DNA from: Macrostomum lignano
Lineage: Eukaryota
Direction: 5' to 3'
Length of the DNA stretch: 64,000 bases
Assembly: GCA_002269645.1 (NCBI GenBank)
Contig: NIVC01002274.1
Coordinates: 62,001 to 126,000 of the forward strand
The notes beneath the pieces were generated by a model. It worked only from the letters and a program-made list of their open reading frames with translations, was not told where the DNA came from and searched no databases. This document shows, in pieces, positions 23,501 to 34,200 of this stretch (position 1 is the stretch's first letter; every line of letters begins with the position of its first letter). The translations under genes were made by a program, and so were the position numbers.

Positions 23501-25494
23501 ATAGGGAGGATAAGTTGAGCTAGGCAAATCCAGTGGATGGAACGATAAAGAAGGCTGAACCAGTGTGGTTGGATTGACTTTTTGGGGCGATCGATAAAAA
23601 ATGTACAGGAGGTTTGAACTGAGAGCCGATCGATAATAAATGTTCAGGAGGGGTTGAACTGAGGGCCGATCGATAATAAATATACAAGAGGGGTTGAACT
23701 GAGGGCCGATCGATAATAAACTTACAAGAGGGGTTGAACTGAGGCCCGATCGATAATAAACTTACAAGAGGGGTTGAACTGAGGGCCGATCGATAATAAA
23801 CTTACAAGAGGGGTTGAACTGAGGGCCGATCGATAATAAACTTACAAGAGGGGTTGAACTGAGGCCCGATCGATAATAAACTTACAAGAGGGGTTGAACT
23901 GAGGGCCGATCGATAATAAACTTACAAGAGGGGTTGAACTGAGGGCCGATCGATAATAAACTTACAAAAGGGGTTGAACTGAGGGCCGATCGATAATAAA
24001 CTTACAAGAGGGTTGAACTGAGGGCCGATCGATAATAAATTTACAAGAGGGGCTGAACTGAGGGCCGATCGATAATAAATTTACAAGAGGGTTGAACTGA
24101 GGGCCGATCGATAATAAACTTACAAGAGGGGCAGAGTCAGAGATTAAGAGTCTGAAATGCGCTCTTGCGGTGGGTCGGCTTAGTTCTAAGAAAAACAGCT
24201 AGCAATGTATTTTATTTATCTGTATATTCAGTTTGTTTTTCATCCTAGATTGGCGTTATTTTTCTGTGACATAACATTCCCAAATCCCTTCGCTTTTTAT
24301 TCAAATCCCCTGGCTATGGCGGCAGGTACAACAAAAGAGTCGGAGAAAAAAAGGTAATCTGAAATCATATTTAGTAAAATCTGCAAAAATGCTTGCAGCG
24401 GCAAATTGCGATTCCATGAGACGGAGCGACGCTCAGATGAAGAAGTCCAGACTCAGCATCCGCCAGAGGGTCTCCCTCGCGGCCGGCGCCCTGGCCGGCA
24501 TCCGAGCCGATTTGGCCTCGGTGCGACAGCCGGCCTGCAGCGGGCTGCTCAGCTCAGCCAGGGCCAGGCTGACTCGCTGCTCAGTTCAGCTGCAGCTGTT
24601 CTGCTTGGAAGAACCTGAGCAGGGCTCCGATGCCAGCAGCAGCAGCAGCGAGTCTGACTTGCCCTGTCAGACTCAGCAGAGTGAGTTCCAATGCCTCGCC
24701 CCAACGTCTACTCCTAGTTTAGCAGCTTCTCACTCGCTTGCGCACATACTCACACCCTTTTCTTTCTGTTTTCTGCTTTTTGTTGGTCTATGTAGTTTGT
24801 TTTTGTTCCTATTATTTACATGTATACATTAATAAATATATGAAGGATAAATAATATTAGTCAAACTTCGATGCCGTTTCAACCCATCATTAACTTTGCA
24901 GAGCAATCTGTCTCCGCTGCGCTGGATCCAAACGCTGTGTCATTCTTTGCTCCCACTGTGCCTCCTCGATTCGCGGCGAAACAGATTAATGAGCAGCGGC
25001 AGCGTGATGAAGAGCAGCGGCAGCTGGATGAGCAACAGCAAATCGTTGCTTTACCTTCGCCTCGTCCACTGCGTCCCTTGCTGCCAATGCAATCGGATTC
25101 GCAGTCCGCAGAAAGTTCCGCCGCGTCCTCTGCCGGCCCCCCAATGGGCCCGCCGCCATCACTGATGAATTGGCCATCAAACACGCCAGGCTTCATGCCG
25201 CAGTCGCCGTTTCCTCCGCAGTCGCCGTTTCCACCGCAGCCGCCGTTTCCGCCGCATTTGTTTATGCACCAGCAGCCACAGCCGCTCCATTCTAGGGGCG
25301 CAATGGGCATCTCGACGGCGTTCGTCCGGCCGCTTATGCCGGCCGCGCCTCAGCCGCCGCCAGTCTGGCCGGCCAACTGGTCTACTAGCGCCTTACAACC
25401 GCAGCAGCAGCAGCAACAGCAATTACAGCAGCAACATGCTTATAACTTTCAAGGCGCTTCTATCTATCAGATGGATTATTGGTGGCAGCAATAA
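20553..25494 (+). CDS. LOTUS-Tudor protein, paralog A (2 LOTUS, extended Tudor, QDYE repeat, PAM2-like motif, P/Q-rich tail), ~984 aa. Exons 20553-21094, 21290-22040, 22115-22207, 22296-22368, 22478-23098, 24399-24680, 24902-25494
   Basis: All introns are GT-AG and phase-compatible (2955 nt). Splicing rebuilds a LOTUS signature EVKKRLLCIAYVYPGLPVLLLPEKYRE-D-FNCQLPSFSSMGCNNLLDLLRQIPGIV. Tudor: LCVAITKQGCRRVRI...VEDVDYG...LRCMHRRFAEGVPAHAILCRLA. The start codon is uncertain. Confidence 0.75.
23590..24131. repeat. 40-bp tandem minisatellite (GGGTTGAACTGAGGGCCGATCGATAATAAACTTACAAGAG), ~13 units, in an intron of paralog A
   Basis: Period 40 read directly; no spacers. Confidence 0.95.
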
Positions 25495-25974
25495 GATCGC
25501 ACGTCCTAGGCGAGATCTGTTTACTTTCTAATAACTAATCAGTGCAACTTTGTGCCGCGCCTACACCGGTTAATAATAGTACTTTGTCTTCTTTAAACAG
25601 ATATTATGCATTTGCTATTTTAGTGTAAGCCTATGCGCTCTTAGTACTATCGGCTAGTCTGGCATTTTCATATCCCTGTAAAAAGAAACCTTCAGTCCAT
25701 TTGAGCTTTTACCGATGGATCTCTAGAATAACAGTTTTGTAAAATCTGGCTTCCTCAGGGCGCAAAAGCATTACAGTATCGGTGTGTTAATACATCTTCA
25801 AGTTCAATTTCGAACCTAATAGTAATTGTGCTTGTATCATTAAACATTACTGTTGACTTGCTGGTCATCTTTTTATAATATATTCAATTCCTGATGCTGC
25901 AGTTTTAGCAGCCGTGCACTTTGTCTTTATGTTTTATACATTTTGTGGTTATGTTTACAGTTTCCTGCTAAGAG

Positions 25975-27260
25975 TCCTGTGTATGTATGCTGTATCTCCG
26001 GCCTCTGGGTATGTATGCTGTGTCTCCGGCCTCTGGGTATGTATGCTGTGTCTCCGGTCTCTGTGTATGTATGCTGTATCTCCGGCCTCTGCGTATGTAT
26101 GCTGTGTCTCCGGCCTCTGGGCATGTATGCTGTGTCTCCGGTCTCTGTGTATGTATGCTGTGTCTCCGGTCTCTGTGTATGTATGCTGTGTCTCCGGTCT
26201 CTGTGTATGTATGCTGTGTCTCCGGTCTCTGTGTATGTATGCTGTGTCTCCGGTCTCTGTGTATGTATGCTGTGTCTCCGGTCTCTGTGTATGTATGCTG
26301 TGTCTCCGGTCTCTGTGTATGTATGCTGTGTCTCCGGTCTCTGTGTATGTATGCTGTGTCTCCGGTCTCTGGGCATGTATGCTGTGTCTCCGGTCTCTGG
26401 GCATGTATGCTGTGTCTCCGGTCTCTGGGCATGTATGCTGTGTCTCCGGTCTCTGTGTATGTATGCTGTGTCTCCGGTCTCTGTGTATGTATGCTGTGTC
26501 TCCGGTCTCTGTGTATGTATGCTGTGTCTCCGGTCTCTGTGTATGTATGCTGTGTCTCCGGTCTCTGTGTATGTATGCTGTGTCTCCGGTCTCTGGGCAT
26601 GTATGCTGTGTCTCCGGTCTCTGTGTATGTATGCTGTATCTCCGGCCTCTGGGTATGTATGCTGTGTCTCCGGCCTCTGGGTATGTATGCTGTGTCTCCG
26701 GTCTCTGTGTATGTATGCTGTGTCTCCGGTCTCTGTGTATGTATGCTGTGTCTCCGGTCTCTGTGTATGTATGCTGTGTCTCCGGTCTCTGTGTATGTAT
26801 GCTGTGTCTCCGGTCTCTGTGTATGTATGCTGTGTCTCCGGTCTCTGTGTATGTATGCTGTGTCTCCGGTCTCTGTGTATGTATGCTGTGTCTCCGGTCT
26901 CTGTGTATGTATGCTGTGTCTCCGGTCTCTGTGTATGTATGCTGTGTCTCCGGTCTCTGGGCATGTATGCTGTGTCTCCGGTCTCTGTGTATGTATGCTG
27001 TGTCTCCGGTCTCTGGTATGTATGCTGTGTCTCCGGTCTCTGTGTATGTATGCTGTGTCTCCGGTCTCTGTGTATGTATGCTGTGTCTCCGGTCTCTGTG
27101 TATGTATGCTGTGTCTCCGGTCTCTGTGTATGTATGCTGTGTCTCCGGTCTCTGTGTATGTATGCTGTGTCTCCGGTCTCTGTGTATGTATGCTGTGTCT
27201 CCGGTCTCTGTGTATGTATGCTGTGTCTCCGGCCTCTGTTTATGTATACTGCTGTGTCCC
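25975..27260. repeat. 28-bp tandem minisatellite (GTATGTATGCTGTGTCTCCGGTCTCTGT), ~45 units
   Basis: Stop-free in several frames, giving the spurious 450-aa ORFs with a 28-aa period. Confidence 0.97.
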
Positions 27261-27435
27261 TAAATATGTTTCGTCTCGGAGTATGTATGCACTGTCTTTG
27301 CCTCATTGTGGTATACTTACGAGCTCATATGTAGGTACACCTCTAGCCACGCTGCTAGCAACATTCAATAGGTTTGCTAAGTCAGTGGGCTAGCTTAGTT
27401 TAGAGTAGAAATTGGTTCAATGACCTGCTGCCTTC

Positions 27436-29844
27436 ATGCTGTCCCTGCCGAATCCCAGCTCCAGCGCGGGCCAGTCGGCTCGATCTCAGCTGTGGCGGAC
27501 TCAGCCATTGTCTGAGCAGCAGAGGAACAAGAAAAAGCAGCAGCAAGGTCTGTCCGGCTTCAATCGCGTCCAAGCCGTCTCGGCCGACTTTGTCGCCGAT
27601 GTCGGGGATCTGCCGCCTCTGCTTAACGACATCCTGTTGCGCGCCGTTTTCGGCGAACCCGCAACTGGCCTGCGCGTCCCCTTGTGGCTGTTGCGCCAGG
27701 CCGGGCCGCACCTGCCCGAATACCGGCAGCTGCTGGCGCACCACGGTCACGCCGAGCTGTGCCGAAATCCTGAGCTGGCCAGCGAGCTGACTGTTCTACC
27801 CTTGACTCGTTGCGAACTTGACGCGGCGCCAATCTTTACAGACATCATACTGGTACCAATAGCTTTGGGATTAGTTGCTAAGCAAAGCGTCGGCGGTGTC
27901 AATCAACGCGCCGGTCTGATTGTGTCGGAGCCGCTGACCGGCCCGGCAGACAGAGCGGCATTGGCGCTGGAATTCGGGGCCGCTCGTGGCCGGCTGCACT
28001 GCGTACTGGAGGCGCTTAATCTGGCCAGGCGTAGGTTAATGGGCCGCGCCGTCCTGCTGGGCCTGGCTGGAGCGCCATGGACGCTGCTGGCTCGCATGGC
28101 TGGCGACCCCGGGCTGGCCGTCGGGTGGCTCTACAGTCAGCCAGAAGCGTGCGAGAGGCTCTTAGACAAGCTGACTGGCCTGCTGGTTGACTTTCTAGTT
28201 GATCAGGTGGCTGCCGGAGCTCAGGTAAAGCGGCTGGAAGCTAAATGGATAATGGTGAATTACATATAAAATGAATGGGTTACTGTGGATTCTCACCGAT
28301 TGTGGAGGACTGGGTAACTCAGGCTATTCATCATACATGCGCAACTTTGGAAATCACTCGGCCGTTTCTATTGGCAACACACACATGTAAGTCACCATTG
28401 ACTGAGAGTCACGTGACTACTATTCCGTCCAATAGCGACTTACATGAGTGTGTTGCCAATAGAAACGGCCGGGTGAATCCCTAGGTTGCGCCCAAGCATG
28501 CTATTCATATTTTACACTGGATGAATTCAATGAATGGTGCAGTCGTGCAGATGGGACTTAGCAGATAGGACTGAGTACATGTAGATGGGATTAGGCAGAT
28601 AGGACTGAGTAGATGGGATTAGGGCAGATGGAACTGAGCAGATGAAACTGAGCAGATGGGATTAGGCAGGTGGAACTGAGCAGATGGGATTAGGGCAGAT
28701 GGAACTGAGCAGATGGGATTAGGCAGATGGAACTGAGCAGATGGGATTAGGCAGATGGAACTGAGCAGATGGAACTGAGCAGATGGGATTAGGCAGATGG
28801 AACTGAGCAGATGGAAATGAGCAGATGGGATTAGGCAGGTGGAACTGAGCAGATGGGATTAGGGCAGATGGAACTGAGCAGATGGGATTAGGCAGATGGA
28901 ACTGAGCAGATGGAACTGAGCAGATGGGATTAGGCAGATGGAACTGAGCAGATGGAACTGAGCAGATGGGATTAGGCAGATGGAACTGAGCAGATGGAAC
29001 TGAGCAGATGGGATTAGGCAGATGGAACTGAGCAGATGGAACTGAGCAGGTGGGATTAGGCAGGTGGAACTGAGCAGATGGGATTAGGCAGATGGGACTG
29101 AGTAGATGGGATTGGGCAGATGGAACTGAGCAGATGGGATTAGGCAGATGGGACTGAGTAGATGGGATTAGGCAGATGGAACTGAGCAGATGGGATTAGG
29201 CAGATGGGACTGAGCAGATGGGATTAGGCAGATGGGACTGAGCTAATGTGATTAGGTAGATGGGACTGAGCAGATGGGATTAGGCAGATGGAACTGAGCA
29301 GATGGGATTAGGCAGATGGAACTGGGCGGACGCGCAATCGTGCTTCATGCCAATGTCGCGCTATCCCATGCCGCAGGCTCTGCAGGTGGTTGAGCCGTTG
29401 GCGGGCCGCCTGTCGCCAAACCTGTTCTGCCAGTTCGCGTTGCCCAGACTGCGCCGGCTGGCGTCGGAGGTTCGCGCCCGGATTGGACCAGGCGTGCCGC
29501 TGATTTTGTTTGCTCCCTCCTGCCACAGCGTTCTGGAGGAGCTCGCGTGTAGCGGCTTCGACGTGCTGGGCGTTGACCACACGATGCGGCCGGAGCACTG
29601 CCGTCGGGTGGCCGCCGCGGCAGGGGTTGCCGTCCAGGGCAACCTCGACCCGGCCCTGCTGGCCTATGCGCCCAGCGAGGTGCTGCGCGATCACGTCAGA
29701 CGGATGCTGCGCGCTTTCGGCGCCAAGCGCTACGTGTGCAACGTTGGCGCCGGCCTGCTGCCGGAGACTCCGCCTGAGCGGCTGGCCGAGCTGACACGGC
29801 TGGTGCGCCTTCTGGTTGAGGATTTGAGCTCGAAGAACGAGTAG
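27436..29844 (+). CDS. UROD: Uroporphyrinogen decarboxylase-like protein, divergent, 418 aa; exons 27436-28224 and 29377-29844
   Basis: NDILLRAVFGE, PLWLLRQAG, DAAPIFTDI, LAGAPWTL, QVAAGAQ|ALQVVE, GFDVLGVD, AVQGNLDP, YVCNVGAG follow the UROD/HemE motif order. Phase-0 intron CAG|GTAAAG ... CCGCAG|GCT. Confidence 0.9.
28349..28480. repeat. ~132-bp foldback (~50-bp arms, central AGTCACGTGACT palindrome) in the UROD intron
   Basis: CGGCCGTTTCTATTGGCAACACACACATGTAAGTC pairs with GACTTACATGAGTGTGTTGCCAATAGAAACGGCCG. Confidence 0.75.
28545..29325. repeat. 14-bp two-variant minisatellite (GCAGATGGGATTAG / GCAGATGGAACTGA) in the UROD intron
   Basis: Read directly. Confidence 0.95.
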
Positions 29845-30149
29845 TGTTAGATAATCAACGAAACTATCTGTTATTCACATTAACTACGAGCATAAATTCA
29901 GTTTCATTTCTAGCGGTTATTGAGCAACAGAATTGTTGTTGAGTTGAAAAAAAATTACTGAAGGCTTTCAATATGGACTGTAGATAAATACGAGTACTAG
30001 ATAGTATACGATTTTCTGTATTCGAACATTTGAGTTTTCAAAAGTAAGATTGCAGGCGCAAACAAGTTGCTATCAGATAATTGGTGCAGCCGTAATGTTC
30101 ATTAGCCAGTGCCATCTGAAATGTACATGGCAGACTTAGGCTTGGAACA

Positions 30150-30355
30150 GTCTAGGAGGCAGGCCCAATCTAGCTCAGCCAATGAGAGAGCAGTAAGGAG
30201 AGAGGGCAAAATCAAACGGACGAAACTCAGTCTAGGGGGCAGGCCCAATCTAGCTCAACCAATGAGAGAGCAGTAAGGAGAGAGGGCAAAATCAGACAGA
30301 CGAAACTGAGTCTAGGGGGCAGGCCCAATCTAGCTCAGCCAATCAGAGCAGTAAG
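30150..30355. repeat. ~80-bp tandem repeat, 2.5 copies
   Basis: TCTAGG.GGCAGGCCCAATCTAGCTCA at ~30150, 30231 and 30311. Confidence 0.85.
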
Positions 30356-31212
30356 GAAATAAGATCAAAGTCCGTCACACTCACAAGCCGACAAGAGGGA
30401 AGCCCAACTGTTTATCTTTTTTGCTCGCGGGTTTTCAAGTTTTCTTGCAATCCGGTTTTGAAATAATTCCTTTTCAAATACGAGTAATTTCGAGTTTGAA
30501 TTAGTCTGACTCTGAAGTCTCTAAAACAGGATGAAGAAGCTAATTTATTGCGTCTGCTTGTAGAAAGCCAAACGCGATTGTTGCAGTTTCAAAAACAGAA
30601 AATAATAGTAAAATATTGAGAATAATATTTACTTTTACTTCTTATTAAAAGGCAAAAACCCTAAGCTGCTACTGAAAAGAGTAGATAAGCGCATTTTTGC
30701 GAGTGGACACACACGTTCAGAGTTCTTTGCCACTCTTCAGTAGGCGATCTTTTATACTCGCGAGATGCATCCACTTAAACTCCGCTGTGTCTTGATCCGT
30801 TATCTTTAAACGGACTTGGTTTTTAGATATTGTGCCTATTCGCCTTAGTAAAATGTAATTTACTCCGTTGCGCATCACGTGACTGCATCACCTTCCAAGT
30901 CTGCAGTGCTTCTCCACCTTCTAAACGACTGTGATATTTATATATAAATATTCTTTTATAGCAGAGCAGTAGTCTTTTGAAACATTTGTTCAATTTGAAA
31001 TATACGCAGATTAGTAAGCACTGTCTGTTTTAATAGTTCAAAACCACCCACTTTAAAATTTATTAAATTTTATTTTTTAATAAAAGATACGAGTACTCAA
31101 GTAAATTTAGCACTGGCTGGGTTCGATAGACAAAATTTGTCTAAGATTGCTCATAGTTCGAAATCACGTAGAAACAGTAAAATGATCTGCTTTTTTCAGC
31201 AGAGCCGCTAAG

Positions 31213-34200
31213 ATGGAGCAGGTGGCCGTCAATCTGCGCCTATGCATGCGCGTTCCAAATTTAAAACGTCAGCAAAATGTCACTTGCGCGGCCCTTGCCA
31301 GCGAGTACGCTCGCTGCGTTGGTCCGTTGCGATGGCAACAGTTTAATTTTAAATCATTGGAAGACTTGCTAGACTCCATTGACGGCATGCAGGTGTACGA
31401 ATGGCAAGGAGAGTCCTGCGTCCGACTGGTCCTCACTAACCGTAAGCGGCGTATTGTACTGTGAAGCAGTTAGTTGCTGCATCTGGTGACGATTCGGTTA
31501 AGTGACTAATCTAGTGACTTCGAGTGACGCATCTAGTGGCACATTCAGTGACTAATCTGGTGACTTCGAGTGACGCATCTAGTGGCACATTCAGTGACTA
31601 ATCTGGTGACTTCTAGTGATGCATCTAGTGGCACATTCAGTGACTAAACTAGAGACTTTCAGTGACGCATCTAGTGGCACATTCAGTGACTAATCTGGTG
31701 ACTTCCAGTGATGCATCTAGTGGCAAATTCAGTGACTAATCTGGTGACTTCCAGTGACGCTTCTAGAGGCACATTCAGTGACTAATCTGGTGACTTCCAG
31801 TGATGCATCTAGTGGCAAATTCAGTGACTAATCTGGTGACTTCCAGTGACGCTTCTAGAGGCACATTCAGTGACTAATCTGGTGACTTCAAGTGATGCAT
31901 CTAGTGGCACATTCAGTGACTAATCTGGTGACTTCCAGTGACGCTTCTAGTGGCACATTCAGTGACTAATCTGGTGACTTCCAGTGACGCATCTAGTGGC
32001 ACATTCAGTGACTAATCTGGTGACTTCCAGTGACGCTTCTAGTGGCACATTCAGTGACTAATCTGGTGACTTCCAGTGACGCATCTAGTGGCACATTCAG
32101 TTCAGTGACTAATCTGGTGATTTCAGTGACGCATCTAGTGACACTCAGTGACTAATCTGGTGACTTCTAGTGACGCATCTAGTGGCACATTCAGTTCAGT
32201 GACTAATCTGGTGACTTCAGTGACGCATCTAGTGACACTCAGTGACTAATCTGGTGACTTCAAGTGATGCATATACATGTAGTGACACTCCGGACTAATC
32301 TGGTGACGATTCGGTTGAGTGACTAATCTGGTGACTTTAGTGACGCATCTAGTGACACTCAGTGACTAATCTAGTGACTTCTAGTGATGCATCTAGTGGC
32401 ACATTCAGTGACTAATCTGGTGACTTCAGTGGCGCATCTAGTGGCACATTCAGTGACTAAACTAGTGACTTCCAGTGACGCTTCTAGTGGCACATTCAGT
32501 GACTAATCTGGTGACTTCCAGTGACGCATCTAGTGGCACATCAGTTCAGTGACTAATCTGGTGATTTCAGTGACGCATCTAGCGACACTCAGTGACTAAT
32601 CTGGTGACTTCCAGTGATGCATATACATGTAGTGACACTCCGGACTAATCTGGTGACGATTCGGTTGAGTGACTAATCTGGTGACTTCAGTGACGCATCT
32701 AGTGACACTCAGTGACTAATCTGGTGACTTCCAGTGATGCATATACATGTAGTGACACTCCGGACTAATCTGGTGACGATTCGGTTGAGTGACTAATCTG
32801 GTGACTTCAGTGACGCATCTAGTGACAGTCAGTGACTAATCTAGTGACTTCCAGTGACGCATCTATTGACACATTCGGTGACTAATCTGGTGACTTCCAG
32901 TGATGCATCTAGTGACACTCAGTGACTAATCTAGTGATTCAGTAACGCATCTAGTGACACATTTAGTGACTCCCAAACTTGTACTTGCTAAGTGTCTTCA
33001 GCAGCACTTTATAATTAATGCGTACGTCGTATTTATGCTGTGGCTATAAGCCAAGCTAAGCATCACTCCCATAGAATGCCTCCCAGCAAACCGTACGTTT
33101 TTGCGGTCTAAAGGGAGCAAGCAATGCATGATAATAGAATAATAAAGATTAGAAATTGTTAAGATATTTGTCTGCATAAAATTGTTAGAATATTACTTAC
33201 GAGAGTATCTATTTGTAATAACCAACTATTTGTATTAATTTATTATTATTTAATTATTAGCTCTAGCATTGCAATTTTTTGTCCCATGCAGCAAACGAAA
33301 TAATCATAAGCGAGAAGGAACGCCAGATGAAGCGCGAGGAGCTCGAGGAGGAGCTCGAGCGTCAGCTGCAGCGCGAGCGCAAGCGCTACGAGGAGCGCGA
33401 ACGTCAACGAAGACAGAAGCGCGAGGAGGAGCGCGAGCGTCAGCGCCAGCTGCAGCTGCAAGGGCAGCGCGATGCCGAACGCTCGGCGAAGCAGGCGGAG
33501 GCCGTCGAGTCGATTGTCGAGCTGGTGCGCGTGGCCGCCGAGCGCCTGTCGATGCCGCTGCGTCCAGCCCACTTGGCCCAATCCTTCGAGATCTTCTACA
33601 AGCAGCCGTTTCCGCTGGACCTGTTCGACCGCAGCTCGGCCGAGGAGGTGGCCGTCAACCTGGCGCTGTCCGGTCGGCTCGTCTTGGACTCGAAGCGGTG
33701 CCTGCGGGTCGCCAGCAACGCCATGGTCGAGTCGGCAAAGTGCAGCGCATCGGCGTCAAAGCGGCAGCTGAGTTTGCCTGCTGAGGTGAAAAAGCGGCTG
33801 CTGTGCATCGCCTACGTTTATCCCGGCCTGCCAGTTCTCCTGCTGCCCGAGAAGTACCGGGAGGAGTGAGTGCAGATTTCTATTGCAACTCTCTGCTTTG
33901 CTATTTTTGCCGTAAGTCAAGGCGATAGTCGGCTCGCAGCCCAGTCCGCTGACCCCTGAGCACGCACATATACATACAGGCACGCACTCACACAGGGTGT
34001 TCAACTTTTTGACGCGAGATCCTTACCTTTAGTAAAATACATGCCTGTAACTGATGTCTTCAATTGCTGTTCCCGGGAAGGCATAATCTGCACCTGGGAA
34101 AGTGGTACATTTTCCTTCACAATCCATATTAAAAAGTATTGTACTGCGTCCAGCGACTTCTCCGCCACGCAGGCCCGTCAACGACTTCGTGAGCAGGTCG

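Noticed and set aside
23590-24131. CRISPR-like array of 40-bp repeats
   Set aside because: Repeats are contiguous with no unique spacers, lie in a eukaryotic intron, and no cas genes are present.
25914-27393. Several 450-470 aa ORFs on both strands
   Set aside because: They are translations of a stop-free 28-bp minisatellite (28-aa period in rotating frames) with no domain content.
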